NCBI RefSeq assembly: GCF_003018115.1 | Contig: NZ_CP027457.1 | DNA from: Escherichia coli | Lineage (GTDB): Bacteria > Pseudomonadota > Gammaproteobacteria > Enterobacterales > Enterobacteriaceae | Length of the DNA: 64,000 nucleotides | Direction: 5' to 3' (one strand) | Shown here: positions 30,046 through 40,804 of the stretch, piece by piece | How the letters are laid out: each line of letters begins with the position of its first letter | Position numbering within the stretch: the stretch's first letter is position 1 | Translations under genes and position numbers: made by a program | Notes under the pieces: model-generated | What the model was told of the DNA's origin: nothing | What the model saw: the letters and a program-made list of their open reading frames with translations, nothing else | The model's database searches: none

Positions 30046-32139
30046 TTATACCAACGCGCTCTCCATCTGTTTTTCAAATGCCTGACGAATTAATCCCATA
30101 ATATAAGGAAGTTGTGCGAGGTCGCTGAAACCAATTTCCACATCGCCATTGCCCCATCGCCCAACATTTGTCACATCTTTGGCAATACCTTTCGGATCGA
30201 CCAGTTCATGAAACTGCATATTAAGCGACAATCGCAGTCGGCTTTTTTGCGGCACAACATCAACAAAATTCGTTTCAGCTTTAAACGCAATATAGAGCTT
30301 CAATACTTCCTGCGTGATCCCTGCGTCCAGGCGCATAACTTCATCGCTAAGATGATCGAATAACACCCGGCTATGCGAACCATCAGCAAGAAAAGGATAA
30401 TCACTCAGGCTGTAACTGGTTTTGTTTTCCGGCTGCCCCCGATAAACAGCTAAAACCTCTTCAGGAAGAGAAGGCGCTTGCCAGACCTGAACCGCGAGAT
30501 CGGCCAGACGATCGGCTCGGGCGTGAATGGCGGCTTCATCCCATTTTTCGCACTGTCCAAGACCGATATTCAAATAAAGCGGGCTATGCTTAAAGCCGTC
30601 TTCAATATCGCGTTTTTCCGCGAAAGGTCTGTCACTGTAGCGGGAGTTATAGCGCGTTAAAGTGAGATTCCCCAACGTATGTAACAGTTCTTTATGCACA
30701 CGCTGCCAGTCGCTTCCCAGCTCTTCGCGCCATTTAGCCGACAAATTTTCGTTCTGCGGCATAATATGTTCAATCGTAAACTCTTCCACGCGCTCTCTGC
30801 GTTTATCGTTTTCCAGTCGTCGTAACCAGTAGCTGCGACTACGGAAGTTATAGAGATCGCGAACTTTTAATTCCCGTTTAAATTCATCATCGTTGGGGAA
30901 ACGACGATATGAAGGTAGATTCAAAAAATGTACCTGAATACTTTCCAGATAATTTTCTTTATTAATAACTTTATAAAAAGTGGCAAATGTCTTGTTCAAA
31001 GAATTTGTCGGAATTGCACATACTGCACGGCGGAAAACATAAGATTCAATTAAACGAATTATGCTCAGGAAATCTTCGTGAGACAAATCGTCATTTTTAT
31101 AGTCATGATAAAGCGCCAGTAAGAAAGGATACGCCACATCAACCTTTAACTCGCGCAAATCCTGAAAAGCCGTAGCAAGCGATTTGTCACTTTCTTTTCC
31201 CAATGCCATTGCACAGTAATACTCCGCGTAGATGTGAATATCTTCAACCAGCCGATCTACGCCTTTTTCAGCAACACTCTGGCTGCGGGCATGGAGTTTA
31301 AATGCCTCATAGACTTCATCTGTCCGAGGGATCTCCCCCGTTTTTACCGTCAGATAATGACGCATAAAACTGTCAAAATATTCGCTGTAACCTTGCTGAC
31401 CAAAAGCGACTTCCATTGGACGCCAGTGATCTTCATACAACCGGGTTTGATGCTCTGGTTCGAGGCCCATCAGAATAAAATTGCGCACCAGATCGGCCTG
31501 ACTTAACGCCTTACCGGTGGAGTTCATACTTTCAAAAATCAGTTGCGGATTATCCTGACCACGATTAAGCGCCACATCGACAATTAATAACTTTGCTAAC
31601 CCACGACATAAGGGGATCAAGTCATCACCGAGTTTGGCAATTTGCTCATCAAAGAAAGTAAAGTTTTCCATTATTCGATGGGAATAGTTTTCTGGCATTG
31701 GTCTTTGTTTTATTAACGCCAGTAAACTGTCTTTATCAGTCTCGGTCAGCAGTAATTTAAAACCTTTCTCGCCGGACTCATAAGGATTGAGCAAATAATA
31801 ATTACGCAATTTCATTGCCGAAAAGCCATCAAAAACTTCGTCTTCGCCAAGATGGCGCGATAAAGCCTCAATCAGCAACATTGCGGTCGTCAGCCGCTGC
31901 TGACCATCAATGACCAGCAACGGAGAAATACCAGAAACCTGATACAATCCCTGCTCTATATAAACAACCGAACCGATAAAATGCGCTGATATATCGTCAC
32001 GCTTTCCTGCACGAATGATGTCGTCCCAAAGTTGCCGACATTGTTGCCCGGTCCATGAATAAGTCCGTTGATAAATGGGAATAACAAACTGCTGCGAACG
32101 TTTTAAAAAATCGAGTAGGCGAGCTTCTGTAGCTTTCAT
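30046..32139 (-). CDS. Single-chain GmrSD-family protein (N-terminal DUF262 ParB-like NTPase, C-terminal DUF1524 His-Me finger nuclease); putative type IV modification-dependent restriction endonuclease
   Basis: 697-aa ORF; N-terminal motifs FVIPIYQRTYSW and DGQQRLTT (DUF262); C-terminal EHIMPQ ... LGNLTL (DUF1524/HNH-like). Gene is AT-rich relative to flanks and sits where mcrBC lies in K-12. Confidence 0.8.
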   Translation of the reverse strand: MKATEARLLDFLKRSQQFVIPIYQRTYSWTGQQCRQLWDDIIRAGKRDDISAHFIGSVVYIEQGLYQVSGISPLLVIDGQQRLTTAMLLIEALSRHLGEDEVFDGFSAMKLRNYYLLNPYESGEKGFKLLLTETDKDSLLALIKQRPMPENYSHRIMENFTFFDEQIAKLGDDLIPLCRGLAKLLIVDVALNRGQDNPQLIFESMNSTGKALSQADLVRNFILMGLEPEHQTRLYEDHWRPMEVAFGQQGYSEYFDSFMRHYLTVKTGEIPRTDEVYEAFKLHARSQSVAEKGVDRLVEDIHIYAEYYCAMALGKESDKSLATAFQDLRELKVDVAYPFLLALYHDYKNDDLSHEDFLSIIRLIESYVFRRAVCAIPTNSLNKTFATFYKVINKENYLESIQVHFLNLPSYRRFPNDDEFKRELKVRDLYNFRSRSYWLRRLENDKRRERVEEFTIEHIMPQNENLSAKWREELGSDWQRVHKELLHTLGNLTLTRYNSRYSDRPFAEKRDIEDGFKHSPLYLNIGLGQCEKWDEAAIHARADRLADLAVQVWQAPSLPEEVLAVYRGQPENKTSYSLSDYPFLADGSHSRVLFDHLSDEVMRLDAGITQEVLKLYIAFKAETNFVDVVPQKSRLRLSLNMQFHELVDPKGIAKDVTNVGRWGNGDVEIGFSDLAQLPYIMGLIRQAFEKQMESALV

Positions 32140-32235
32140 TCTGACGTCTTTCCGTGAAACGATGATTTCGCAATAATAACCACTTCCTTGTGGAGGTTAT
32201 AGAGAAATCCTGTTTATCCGCGACGAACATACCCC

Positions 32236-32400
32236 TCACTCCACATCCTCCCTGCGTAACCCGATATCCCTCAACCGTTCATCACTCATCTGCTGTAACA
32301 CCCGTCGGGCCTGCATTTGCCGCCGCCAACGCCTCACCGCCTGCCAGAGTTGCACAAGTCTGATAAACGGCGTTTTGGCTTTGTTTTCGTAAAATTCCAT
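32236..32400 (-). CDS. yjiS: Small DUF1127-family protein
   Basis: 54-aa ORF MEFYENKAKTPFIRLVQLWQAVRRWRRQMQARRVLQQMSDERLRDIGLRREDVE, hand-translated (below the ORF-track size cut-off); AGGAGG 6 nt upstream of ATG. Confidence 0.7.
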   Translation of the reverse strand: MEFYENKAKTPFIRLVQLWQAVRRWRRQMQARRVLQQMSDERLRDIGLRREDVE

Positions 32401-32576
32401 CTGCTGCCTCCTCATCTTTCAGAGGCTTCATCATCCGTCTTCTGGCAGTTCACAATACAGATGCAAATATTAGTTTTATTTAACATACAGACAGGTTAAA
32501 ACAGCATCTGCATCCGGTTTTTTAGCCTCATCTGTACCGGTTTTTCTCTCTGTATGGTCCAAATAAGGAATACAGC

Positions 32577-33989
32577 ATGACGCGTTATCAACATCTGGCA
32601 ACTCTGCTTGCCGAGCGGATTGAGCAAGGGCTGTATCGTCACGGGGAGAAATTGCCGTCGGTGCGCAGCTTAAGTCAGGAGCACGGCGTCAGCATCAGCA
32701 CCGTGCAGCAGGCGTATCAGACGCTGGAAACGATGAAACTCATCACTCCGCAGCCGCGTTCGGGGTATTTTGTCGCACAACGTAAAGCCCAGCCGCCAGT
32801 GCCACCAATGACGCGTCCGGTGCAGCGCCCGGTGGAAATTACCCAGTGGGATCAGGTGCTGGATATGCTGGAGGCGCATAGCGACAGTTCCATTGTTCCA
32901 TTAAGCAAAAGCACGCCGGATGTCGAAACGCCCAGCCTGAAACCACTCTGGCGGGAGCTAAGCCGGGTGGTACAGCATAATCTGCAAACCGTTCTCGGTT
33001 ATGACTTGTTAGCCGGTCAGCGAGTGTTGCGAGAGCAAATTGCCCGCCTGATGCTCGACAGCGGCTCGGTGGTCACCGCCGATGACATCATCATCACCAG
33101 CGGCTGCCATAACTCGATGTCGATGGCGTTAATGGCGGTGTGTAAACCGGGCGATATTGTCGCGGTCGAATCCCCCTGTTACTACGGTTCAATGCAGATG
33201 CTGCGCGGCATGGGCGTGAAAGTGATTGAAATCCCAACCGATCCAGAAACAGGCATCAGCGTTGAAGCGCTGGAACTGGCGCTGGAACAGTGGCCGATTA
33301 AAGGCATCATTCTGGTGCCAAACTGTAATAATCCGCTGGGATTTATTATGCCGGACGCGCGCAAACGGGCCGTTCTCTCTCTCGCTCAGCGTCATGATAT
33401 TGTGATTTTTGAAGATGATGTCTACGGCGAACTGGCAACGGAGTATCCGCGCCCGCGGACCATTCATTCCTGGGATATCGACGGGCGAGTGCTGCTGTGC
33501 AGTTCGTTCAGTAAAAGCATTGCACCTGGCCTGCGTGTGGGCTGGGTCGCACCGGGGCGTTATCACGATAAACTGCTGCATATGAAATATGCCATCAGCA
33601 GCTTTAATGTACCGTCTACGCAAATGGCGGCGGCGACGTTTGTGCTGGAAGGTCACTATCATCGCCATATCCGGCGGATGCGGCAGATCTATCAGCGCAA
33701 TTTGGCGCTTTATACCTGCTGGATACGGGAATATTTTCCCTGCGAAATCTGTATTACGCGCCCGAAAGGCGGATTTTTACTGTGGATCGAATTGCCTGAA
33801 CAGGTCGATATGGTCTGCGTCGCGCGGCAGCTATACCGCATGAAAATCCAGGTGGCGGCAGGCTCGATTTTCTCGGCTTCCGGCAAATACCGTAATTGTC
33901 TACGTATCAACTGCGCTTTGCCGCTCAGCGAAACCTATCGCGAAGCACTGAAGCAAATTGGCGAGGCCGTGTATCAGGCAATGGAATGA
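32577..33989 (+). CDS. yjiR: MocR-type regulator (GntR HTH fused to class I aminotransferase-like domain)
   Basis: 470-aa ORF; N-terminal HTH (KLPSVRSLSQEHGVSISTVQQAYQTLE) and PLP-fold C-terminus including SFSKS (putative PLP-lysine region). Confidence 0.85.
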   Translation: MTRYQHLATLLAERIEQGLYRHGEKLPSVRSLSQEHGVSISTVQQAYQTLETMKLITPQPRSGYFVAQRKAQPPVPPMTRPVQRPVEITQWDQVLDMLEAHSDSSIVPLSKSTPDVETPSLKPLWRELSRVVQHNLQTVLGYDLLAGQRVLREQIARLMLDSGSVVTADDIIITSGCHNSMSMALMAVCKPGDIVAVESPCYYGSMQMLRGMGVKVIEIPTDPETGISVEALELALEQWPIKGIILVPNCNNPLGFIMPDARKRAVLSLAQRHDIVIFEDDVYGELATEYPRPRTIHSWDIDGRVLLCSSFSKSIAPGLRVGWVAPGRYHDKLLHMKYAISSFNVPSTQMAAATFVLEGHYHRHIRRMRQIYQRNLALYTCWIREYFPCEICITRPKGGFLLWIELPEQVDMVCVARQLYRMKIQVAAGSIFSASGKYRNCLRINCALPLSETYREALKQIGEAVYQAME

Positions 33990-34107
33990 ATTCGAATTAG
34001 TGGCGAGGCCCCTGATTTCCTCTCACGAATCGCCTGTGACTCGTTTTATCTTTGCAGGGGCATCGCCACGTTCCAGCATGGCTTAGGCAAAGTGTGCTTT
34101 GTTCATA

Positions 34108-34205
34108 CCGGATGCGGCGTGAACGCCTTATCCGGCTTACAAATCGCGCAAATTCAATAGATTGCAGAGGTAATGTAGGTCTGATAAGCGTAGCACATCA
34201 GGCAG
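34108..34205. repeat. Two REP elements between yjiR and rpnD
   Basis: CCGGATGCGGCGTGAACGCCTTATCCGGC and GTAGGTCTGATAAGCGTAGCACATCAGGCA read directly. Confidence 0.6.
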
Positions 34206-34230
34206 CTTTGCGTTTGTCATCAGTCTCTGA

Positions 34231-35165
34231 TTAGTACTCGATCCATGGATCGCGCTTGCTTTCAGGCAAGGGTTGCTCTAATGCCTGCATTTGCTCTGCC
34301 GAAAGTCCAGTATATCGTTGTATCCATTCAGGATCCGCACCGTTCTGCAAAAGCAATCTAAGGAGGCGTTGTTCCCCTTCTTCTTTCCCCTTTTCCATCC
34401 CTAACAGCCATCCATCATTATGAATTCGCTCTGCAATCGTCATTATTCGCTCCCTTTGTTGTGGCATTCGACGGGTAAGTTCACTGATAAACTCATTAAA
34501 ACGCGCTTCATCGCCAGTCAGTAAAATGTAATTTAACAGCGCAGTTATCTGGCTGTCATTAGCACACTCTGTAACCAGTAATATTACCAGTTGATCGATA
34601 AGCCCCATCAGATCGCGCTGGCGAATATGCTTTTGGATCAACTCCAACAGGGCGACTCTGCGGTGCTGCACAATCTCGTCGTCAGGCACGACAGTGACAT
34701 CCACCAGCGGGAACGCTGCAGTATAAAGTTTCCGTGCAGTAGTCGGGTCGGCAAATTCGTCCAGCCAGCACAGGGACCAGGGATAAGGACTACGGCTACC
34801 GTGATAAAACAGCATCGGGATGACCAGCGGTAACGGCCGGCGTTTATCATGCTCGATATGGCGCTGCATCACCGCCATGGAATAGCGCATCAGGCGAAAG
34901 GCCATATGAATATCCTCACGGCTCTGATGTTCAATCACCACATAGATATAGCCATCACCTTCACGGGTCTCTACCGACCACAGAATATCGGAGTGTAGCT
35001 TTCATCGACAAAGCTGGCGGATTCCAGTTTTAAGCTGTCGAGATCGCACAGTTCACGTAAATCTTTGGGTAAGTGGATCTCCATAAAATCCCGCGCGGTG
35101 TCAGGATGCGTGAGAAAGGATTTAAATAATGCGTCATGCGGCGTGCTGGTCGTGAAGTTTGTCAT
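34231..35165 (-). pseudogene. rpnD: Rpn-family (YhgA-like, PD-(D/E)xK) recombination-promoting nuclease gene split by a -1 frameshift
   Basis: Two adjacent minus-strand ORFs in different frames (34971..35165 [17 protein letters not shown]...; 34231..34941 ...[20 protein letters not shown]...). Hand translation shows the downstream frame reads ...[27 protein letters not shown] with no gap, so one missing base in the GATGAAAGC A-run near 35000..35003 explains the split. Confidence 0.7.
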
Positions 35166-35631
35166 GGCGATCCGTCACCTGTAGATAAGATGGCCCGACT
35201 GTAGCGACTAACAAAACCATTCTCACCCGGCAATTTCTCGTTCCCCGAGGTGCTTTCCAGGCTATTTTTGTTCCTCTGCAAACGATACATTTTTCCGGAA
35301 ACAGGCTCGCGTTTTACATGTCCTGTACCCGGCAGATATTCCCCTTTCCACCGCGCTCTTTTGATTAACCGCAAATTTTAATTACACTTAAGGTGTATAT
35401 TTTCTATGCAACCCATCAATTCAAGAGGTGTAATGTGCTGATGACTATTTGTAATCGTTATACATTCTGACCTGGAGTCAGAAGGTATTTCTCTGTCTGT
35501 GTGTTCACAGGCAGTGTGGTTGATTACATGAAATTCAGTACATTTGTCCTTCTCGCCTGCCTTTCGTCATTACCGACGGTATTGAATTTCGTTTTCCCCG
35601 TTGGGGTTCTCCGGACAAGGAGTTGTTTGTT

Positions 35632-36864
35632 ATGCCACGTTTTTTTGCCCGCCATGCCGCCACGCTGTTTTTCCCGATGGCGTTGATTTTGTATGATTTT
35701 GCCGCGTACCTGTCGACGGATCTGATCCAGCCTGGAATTATCAATGTGGTCCGTGATTTTAATGCCGATGTCAGTCTGGCTCCGGCTGCCGTCAGTCTCT
35801 ATCTCGCTGGAGGTATGGCGTTGCAGTGGCTGCTGGGGCCGCTTTCCGACAGGATTGGCCGCAGGCCAGTGCTGATTACCGGGGCGCTAATATTTACCCT
35901 TGCCTGCGCTGCGACAATGTTCACAACGTCTATGACACAGTTTCTTATCGCGCGTGCAATTCAGGGCACCAGTATCTGTTTTATTGCTACCGTTGGTTAT
36001 GTCACGGTGCAGGAGGCGTTCGGACAGACAAAAGGGATCAAGTTGATGGCGATTATCACCTCCATCGTACTGATTGCGCCGATTATTGGCCCGCTTTCCG
36101 GCGCAGCTCTGATGCACTTTGTGCACTGGAAAGTCCTTTTTGCCATCATTGCGGTTATGGGTTTTATCTCATTTGTTGGCTTACTGCTGGCGATGCCAGA
36201 GACGGTGAAGCGCGGCGCGGTTCCATTTAGCGCCAAAAGCGTCTTGCGCGATTTTCGTAATGTCTTTTGCAATCGGCTGTTCCTCTTTGGTGCAGCAACC
36301 ATCTCTTTAAGCTATATCCCAATGATGAGTTGGGTGGCTGTCTCGCCGGTGATCCTGATTGACGCAGGCGGCTTAACGACCTCGCAGTTCGCCTGGACAC
36401 AGGTTCCGGTGTTCGGCGCGGTGATTGTCGCGAATGCCATCGTGGCGCGTTTCGTTAAAGATCCGACCGAACCGCGCTTTATCTGGCGTGCCGTACCCAT
36501 TCAACTGGTTGGCCTCGCGCTGTTGATTATCGGCAATCTGCTGTCACCGCACGTCTGGCTGTGGTCGGTGCTGGGCACCAGTTTGTATGCTTTCGGGATT
36601 GGTTTGATCTTCCCGACCTTATTCCGCTTTACGCTTTTTTCCAATAACTTACCGAAAGGGACCGTCTCCGCATCGCTGAATATGGTGATCCTGATGGTGA
36701 TGTCTGTCTCGGTCGAAATCGGCCGGTGGCTGTGGTTTAACGGCGGTCGCTTGCCGTTTCATCTGTTAGCCGTCGTGGCGGGCGTTATCGTCGTTTTCAC
36801 CCTGGCAGGATTGCTCAATCGCGTGCGCCAACATCAGGCTGCCGAGCTGGCGGAGGAGCAGTGA
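35632..36864 (+). CDS. mdtM: Multidrug efflux MFS transporter
   Basis: Translation from [26 protein letters not shown]... (410 aa); ATG at 35632 preferred over the ORF-track TTG at 35623. Confidence 0.9.
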   Translation: MPRFFARHAATLFFPMALILYDFAAYLSTDLIQPGIINVVRDFNADVSLAPAAVSLYLAGGMALQWLLGPLSDRIGRRPVLITGALIFTLACAATMFTTSMTQFLIARAIQGTSICFIATVGYVTVQEAFGQTKGIKLMAIITSIVLIAPIIGPLSGAALMHFVHWKVLFAIIAVMGFISFVGLLLAMPETVKRGAVPFSAKSVLRDFRNVFCNRLFLFGAATISLSYIPMMSWVAVSPVILIDAGGLTTSQFAWTQVPVFGAVIVANAIVARFVKDPTEPRFIWRAVPIQLVGLALLIIGNLLSPHVWLWSVLGTSLYAFGIGLIFPTLFRFTLFSNNLPKGTVSASLNMVILMVMSVSVEIGRWLWFNGGRLPFHLLAVVAGVIVVFTLAGLLNRVRQHQAAELAEEQ

Positions 36865-36904
36865 TTTTTGCGCGATCCTGCCGTCAGGCTCTATTCTTAA
36901 CGTT

Positions 36905-38185
36905 ATGAATAAACTCATTGAACTCAGACGCGCCAAAATGTTGGCGCTCTCTTTACTGCTTATCGCCGCTGCTACCTTTGTCGTTACGCTGTTTTTGCCG
37001 CCCAATTTTTGGGTGAGCGGTGTGAAGGCGATTGCCGAAGCGGCGATGGTCGGCGCGCTGGCGGACTGGTTTGCGGTGGTGGCGCTGTTTCGCCGCGTGC
37101 CGATTCCGATCATTTCTCGTCATACGGCGATTATCCCGCGTAATAAAGACCGGATTGGCGAAAATCTCGGCCAGTTCGTGCAGGAAAAATTTCTTGATAC
37201 TCAATCCCTGGTGGCATTGATTCGACGCCACGAACCGGCGTTGTTGATTGGCAACTGGTTTAGTCAGCCAGAAAACGCCCGCCGCGTTGGTCAGCATCTG
37301 TTGCAGATCATGAGCGGTTTTCTCGAATTAACTGATGATGCGCGTATTCAGCGCCTGCTTAAGCGCGCAGTCCATCGGGCGATTGATAAGGTCGATCTTT
37401 CCGGCACCAGTGCGTTGATGCTGGAGAGTATGACCAAAAACGATCGTCATCAGGTGCTGCTGGATACGCTGATCGCACAGTTGATCGCCCTTCTCCAGCG
37501 CGATAAATCGCGCAAGTTTATTGCCCAGCAGATTGTTCGCTGGCTGGAGAGTGAGCATCCACTGAAAGCCAAAATTCTCCCCACCGAATGGTTGGGCGAA
37601 CATAGCGCGGAGTTGGTTTCTGACGCGGTGAATTCTTTACTTGATGATATCAGCCGCGATCGTGCGCATCAGATCCGCCATGCATTTGATCGCGCCACCT
37701 TTGCCCTGATCGACAAGCTGAAAAACGATCCTGAAATGGCAGCGCGAGCCGATGCCGTAAAAAGTTATCTGAAAGAAGATGAAGCTTTTAACCGCTATCT
37801 CAGTGAATTGTGGGGGGATTTACGGGAATGGCTGAAAGCGGATATCAACAGTGAAGATTCTCGTGTGAAAGAACGTATCGCGCGGGCGGGTCAATGGTTT
37901 GGCGAAACGTTAATTGCCGATGATGCCTTGCGGGCGTCGTTAAATGGTCATCTGGAACAAGCCGCGCACCGCGTCGCGCCTGAGTTTTCCGCATTCCTGA
38001 CGCGCCACATCAGCGATACGGTAAAAAGCTGGGATGCCCGGGATATGTCGCGGCAAATAGAGTTAAATATCGGCAAAGATCTGCAGTTTATTCGTGTCAA
38101 CGGTACGCTGGTTGGCGGTTGTATTGGGCTAATTTTGTATTTGCTGTCGCAGCTCCCGGCCTTGTTCCCCCTCGGCAATTTTTAG
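36905..38185 (+). CDS. yjiN: DUF445-family inner membrane protein
   Basis: 426-aa ORF with hydrophobic N- and C-termini; synteny. Confidence 0.8.
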   Translation: MNKLIELRRAKMLALSLLLIAAATFVVTLFLPPNFWVSGVKAIAEAAMVGALADWFAVVALFRRVPIPIISRHTAIIPRNKDRIGENLGQFVQEKFLDTQSLVALIRRHEPALLIGNWFSQPENARRVGQHLLQIMSGFLELTDDARIQRLLKRAVHRAIDKVDLSGTSALMLESMTKNDRHQVLLDTLIAQLIALLQRDKSRKFIAQQIVRWLESEHPLKAKILPTEWLGEHSAELVSDAVNSLLDDISRDRAHQIRHAFDRATFALIDKLKNDPEMAARADAVKSYLKEDEAFNRYLSELWGDLREWLKADINSEDSRVKERIARAGQWFGETLIADDALRASLNGHLEQAAHRVAPEFSAFLTRHISDTVKSWDARDMSRQIELNIGKDLQFIRVNGTLVGGCIGLILYLLSQLPALFPLGNF

Positions 38186-38300
38186 AAATCCATGAAAAAC
38201 TAAGTGGCTAACCGCGAGAGAGATCAAATAAACCACACTAAAAGAATGGTAATAATGTGGCCTCTTTTCATTATCTCCCGTGGTACGGGGAAGGAAAATC

Positions 38301-39452
38301 ATGTCACTTGTCACCGATCTACCCGCCATTTTCGATCAGTTCTCTGAAGCTCGCCAGAAAGGCTTTCTCACCGTCATGGATCTCAAGGAGCGCGGCATTC
38401 CGCTGGTTGGCACTTACTGCACCTTTATGCCGCAAGAGATCCCGATGGCAGCCGGTGCGGTTGTGGTTTCGCTCTGTTCCACCTCTGATGAAACCATTGA
38501 AGAAGCGGAGAAAGATCTGCCGCGCAACCTCTGCCCGCTGATTAAAAGCAGCTACGGCTTTGGCAAAACCGATAAATGCCCCTACTTCTACTTTTCGGAT
38601 CTGGTGGTCGGTGAAACCACCTGCGACGGCAAAAAGAAAATGTATGAATACATGGCGGAGTTTAAGCCTGTTCATGTGATGCAGTTGCCGAACAGTGTTA
38701 AGGACGATGCCTCGCGTGCATTGTGGAAAGCCGAGATGCTGCGCTTACAAAAAACGGTAGAAGAACGTTTTGGGCACGAGATTAGCGAAGATGCTCTGCG
38801 CGATGCCATTGCGCTGAAAAACCGCGAACGTCGCGCACTGGCCAATTTTTATCATCTTGGGCAGTTAAATCCTCCGGCGCTTAGCGGCAGCGACATTCTG
38901 AAAGTGGTCTACGGCGCAACCTTCCGTTTTGACAAAGAAGCGTTGATCAATGAACTGGACGCGATGACCGCCCGCATTCGTCAGCAGTGGGAAGAAGGCC
39001 AGCGACTGGACCCGCGTCCGCGCATTTTAATCACCGGTTGCCCGATTGGCGGCGCAGCAGAGAAAGTGGTGCGCGCGATTGAAGAGAATGGCGGCTGGGT
39101 TGTCGGTTATGAAAACTGCACCGGGGCGAAAGCGACCGAGCAATGCGTGGCAGAAACGGGCGATGTCTACGACGCGCTGGCGGATAAATATCTGGCGATT
39201 GGCTGCTCCTGTGTTTCGCCGAACGATCAGCGCCTGAAAATGCTCAGCCAGATGGTGGAAGAATATCAGGTCGATGGCGTAGTTGATGTGATTTTGCAGG
39301 CGTGCCATACCTACGCGGTGGAATCGCTGGCGATTAAACGTCATGTGCGTCAGCAGCACAACATTCCTTATATCGCTATTGAAACAGACTACTCCACCTC
39401 GGATGTTGGGCAGCTCAGTACCCGTGTCGCGGCCTTTATTGAGATGCTGTAA
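38301..39452 (+). CDS. yjiM: 2-hydroxyacyl-CoA dehydratase-like protein (HgdB/component D family)
   Basis: Translation from MSLVTDLPAIFDQF... (383 aa); multiple conserved Cys; family assignment by recall. Confidence 0.8.
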   Translation: MSLVTDLPAIFDQFSEARQKGFLTVMDLKERGIPLVGTYCTFMPQEIPMAAGAVVVSLCSTSDETIEEAEKDLPRNLCPLIKSSYGFGKTDKCPYFYFSDLVVGETTCDGKKKMYEYMAEFKPVHVMQLPNSVKDDASRALWKAEMLRLQKTVEERFGHEISEDALRDAIALKNRERRALANFYHLGQLNPPALSGSDILKVVYGATFRFDKEALINELDAMTARIRQQWEEGQRLDPRPRILITGCPIGGAAEKVVRAIEENGGWVVGYENCTGAKATEQCVAETGDVYDALADKYLAIGCSCVSPNDQRLKMLSQMVEEYQVDGVVDVILQACHTYAVESLAIKRHVRQQHNIPYIAIETDYSTSDVGQLSTRVAAFIEML

Positions 39453-39458
39453 GGAGTA

Positions 39459-40225
<767 letters not shown>

Positions 40226-40229
<4 letters not shown>

Positions 40230-40492
40230 AAGAGTTTTTATTTTTATTTCACTCCACGGTCGGCGTGATACAAACCCGCAAGGCGTTGCAGGCAGCGGGC
40301 ATGACTTTTCGCGTCAGCGATATTCCCCGTGATTTACGCGGCGGCTGCGGGTTATGCATTTGGCTGACCTGTCCCCCCGGCGAGGAAATACAATGGGTGA
40401 TCCCAGGGCAGACCGAAGCGATATATTGCCAGCAGGGCAGCGACTGGCAGTGCGTGGTGCATTACGATGCAGAAGCGTCAACCAGGCAATAA
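40226..40492 (+). CDS. Small hypothetical protein translationally coupled to yjiL (possibly DUF3343-like)
   Basis: 88-aa ORF whose ATG overlaps the yjiL stop (ATGA); contains a GCGLC motif. Family assignment is tentative. Confidence 0.45.
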
Positions 40493-40804
40493 GATCTTTA
40501 AATATAACGCCCGGATAATTGGCTGCGCATAATCCTGCATGAAGGAAGTTGTATTAAATATCTCACCTGCCATGAAATATTTCCCATCCTCAAAATGAGC
40601 GATTTTTGATAGCACCTTCCTATTGCGCGTCTAAAATACAATATACATTTTATTATACTTAAACCCATAATTATGCATAGAGAAATAAAATGATTACCGG
40701 GTGAGATAATGATAAAAGATAAGTTTCTGTGCGAAGCTTATTTTTACCCATCCCCCTGATTATTTTAGATTTATAAGAACATTTCACAATTCAAGGATAA
40801 AAAT

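Noticed and set aside
32317-32499. 60-aa plus-strand ORF
   Set aside because: Antisense to the better-supported yjiS (DUF1127) gene, which has a strong Shine-Dalgarno sequence.
34231-35165. Two separate genes (64 aa and 236 aa) as listed in the ORF track
   Set aside because: Hand translation shows they are one Rpn-family gene split by a -1 frameshift; annotated as a single pseudogene.
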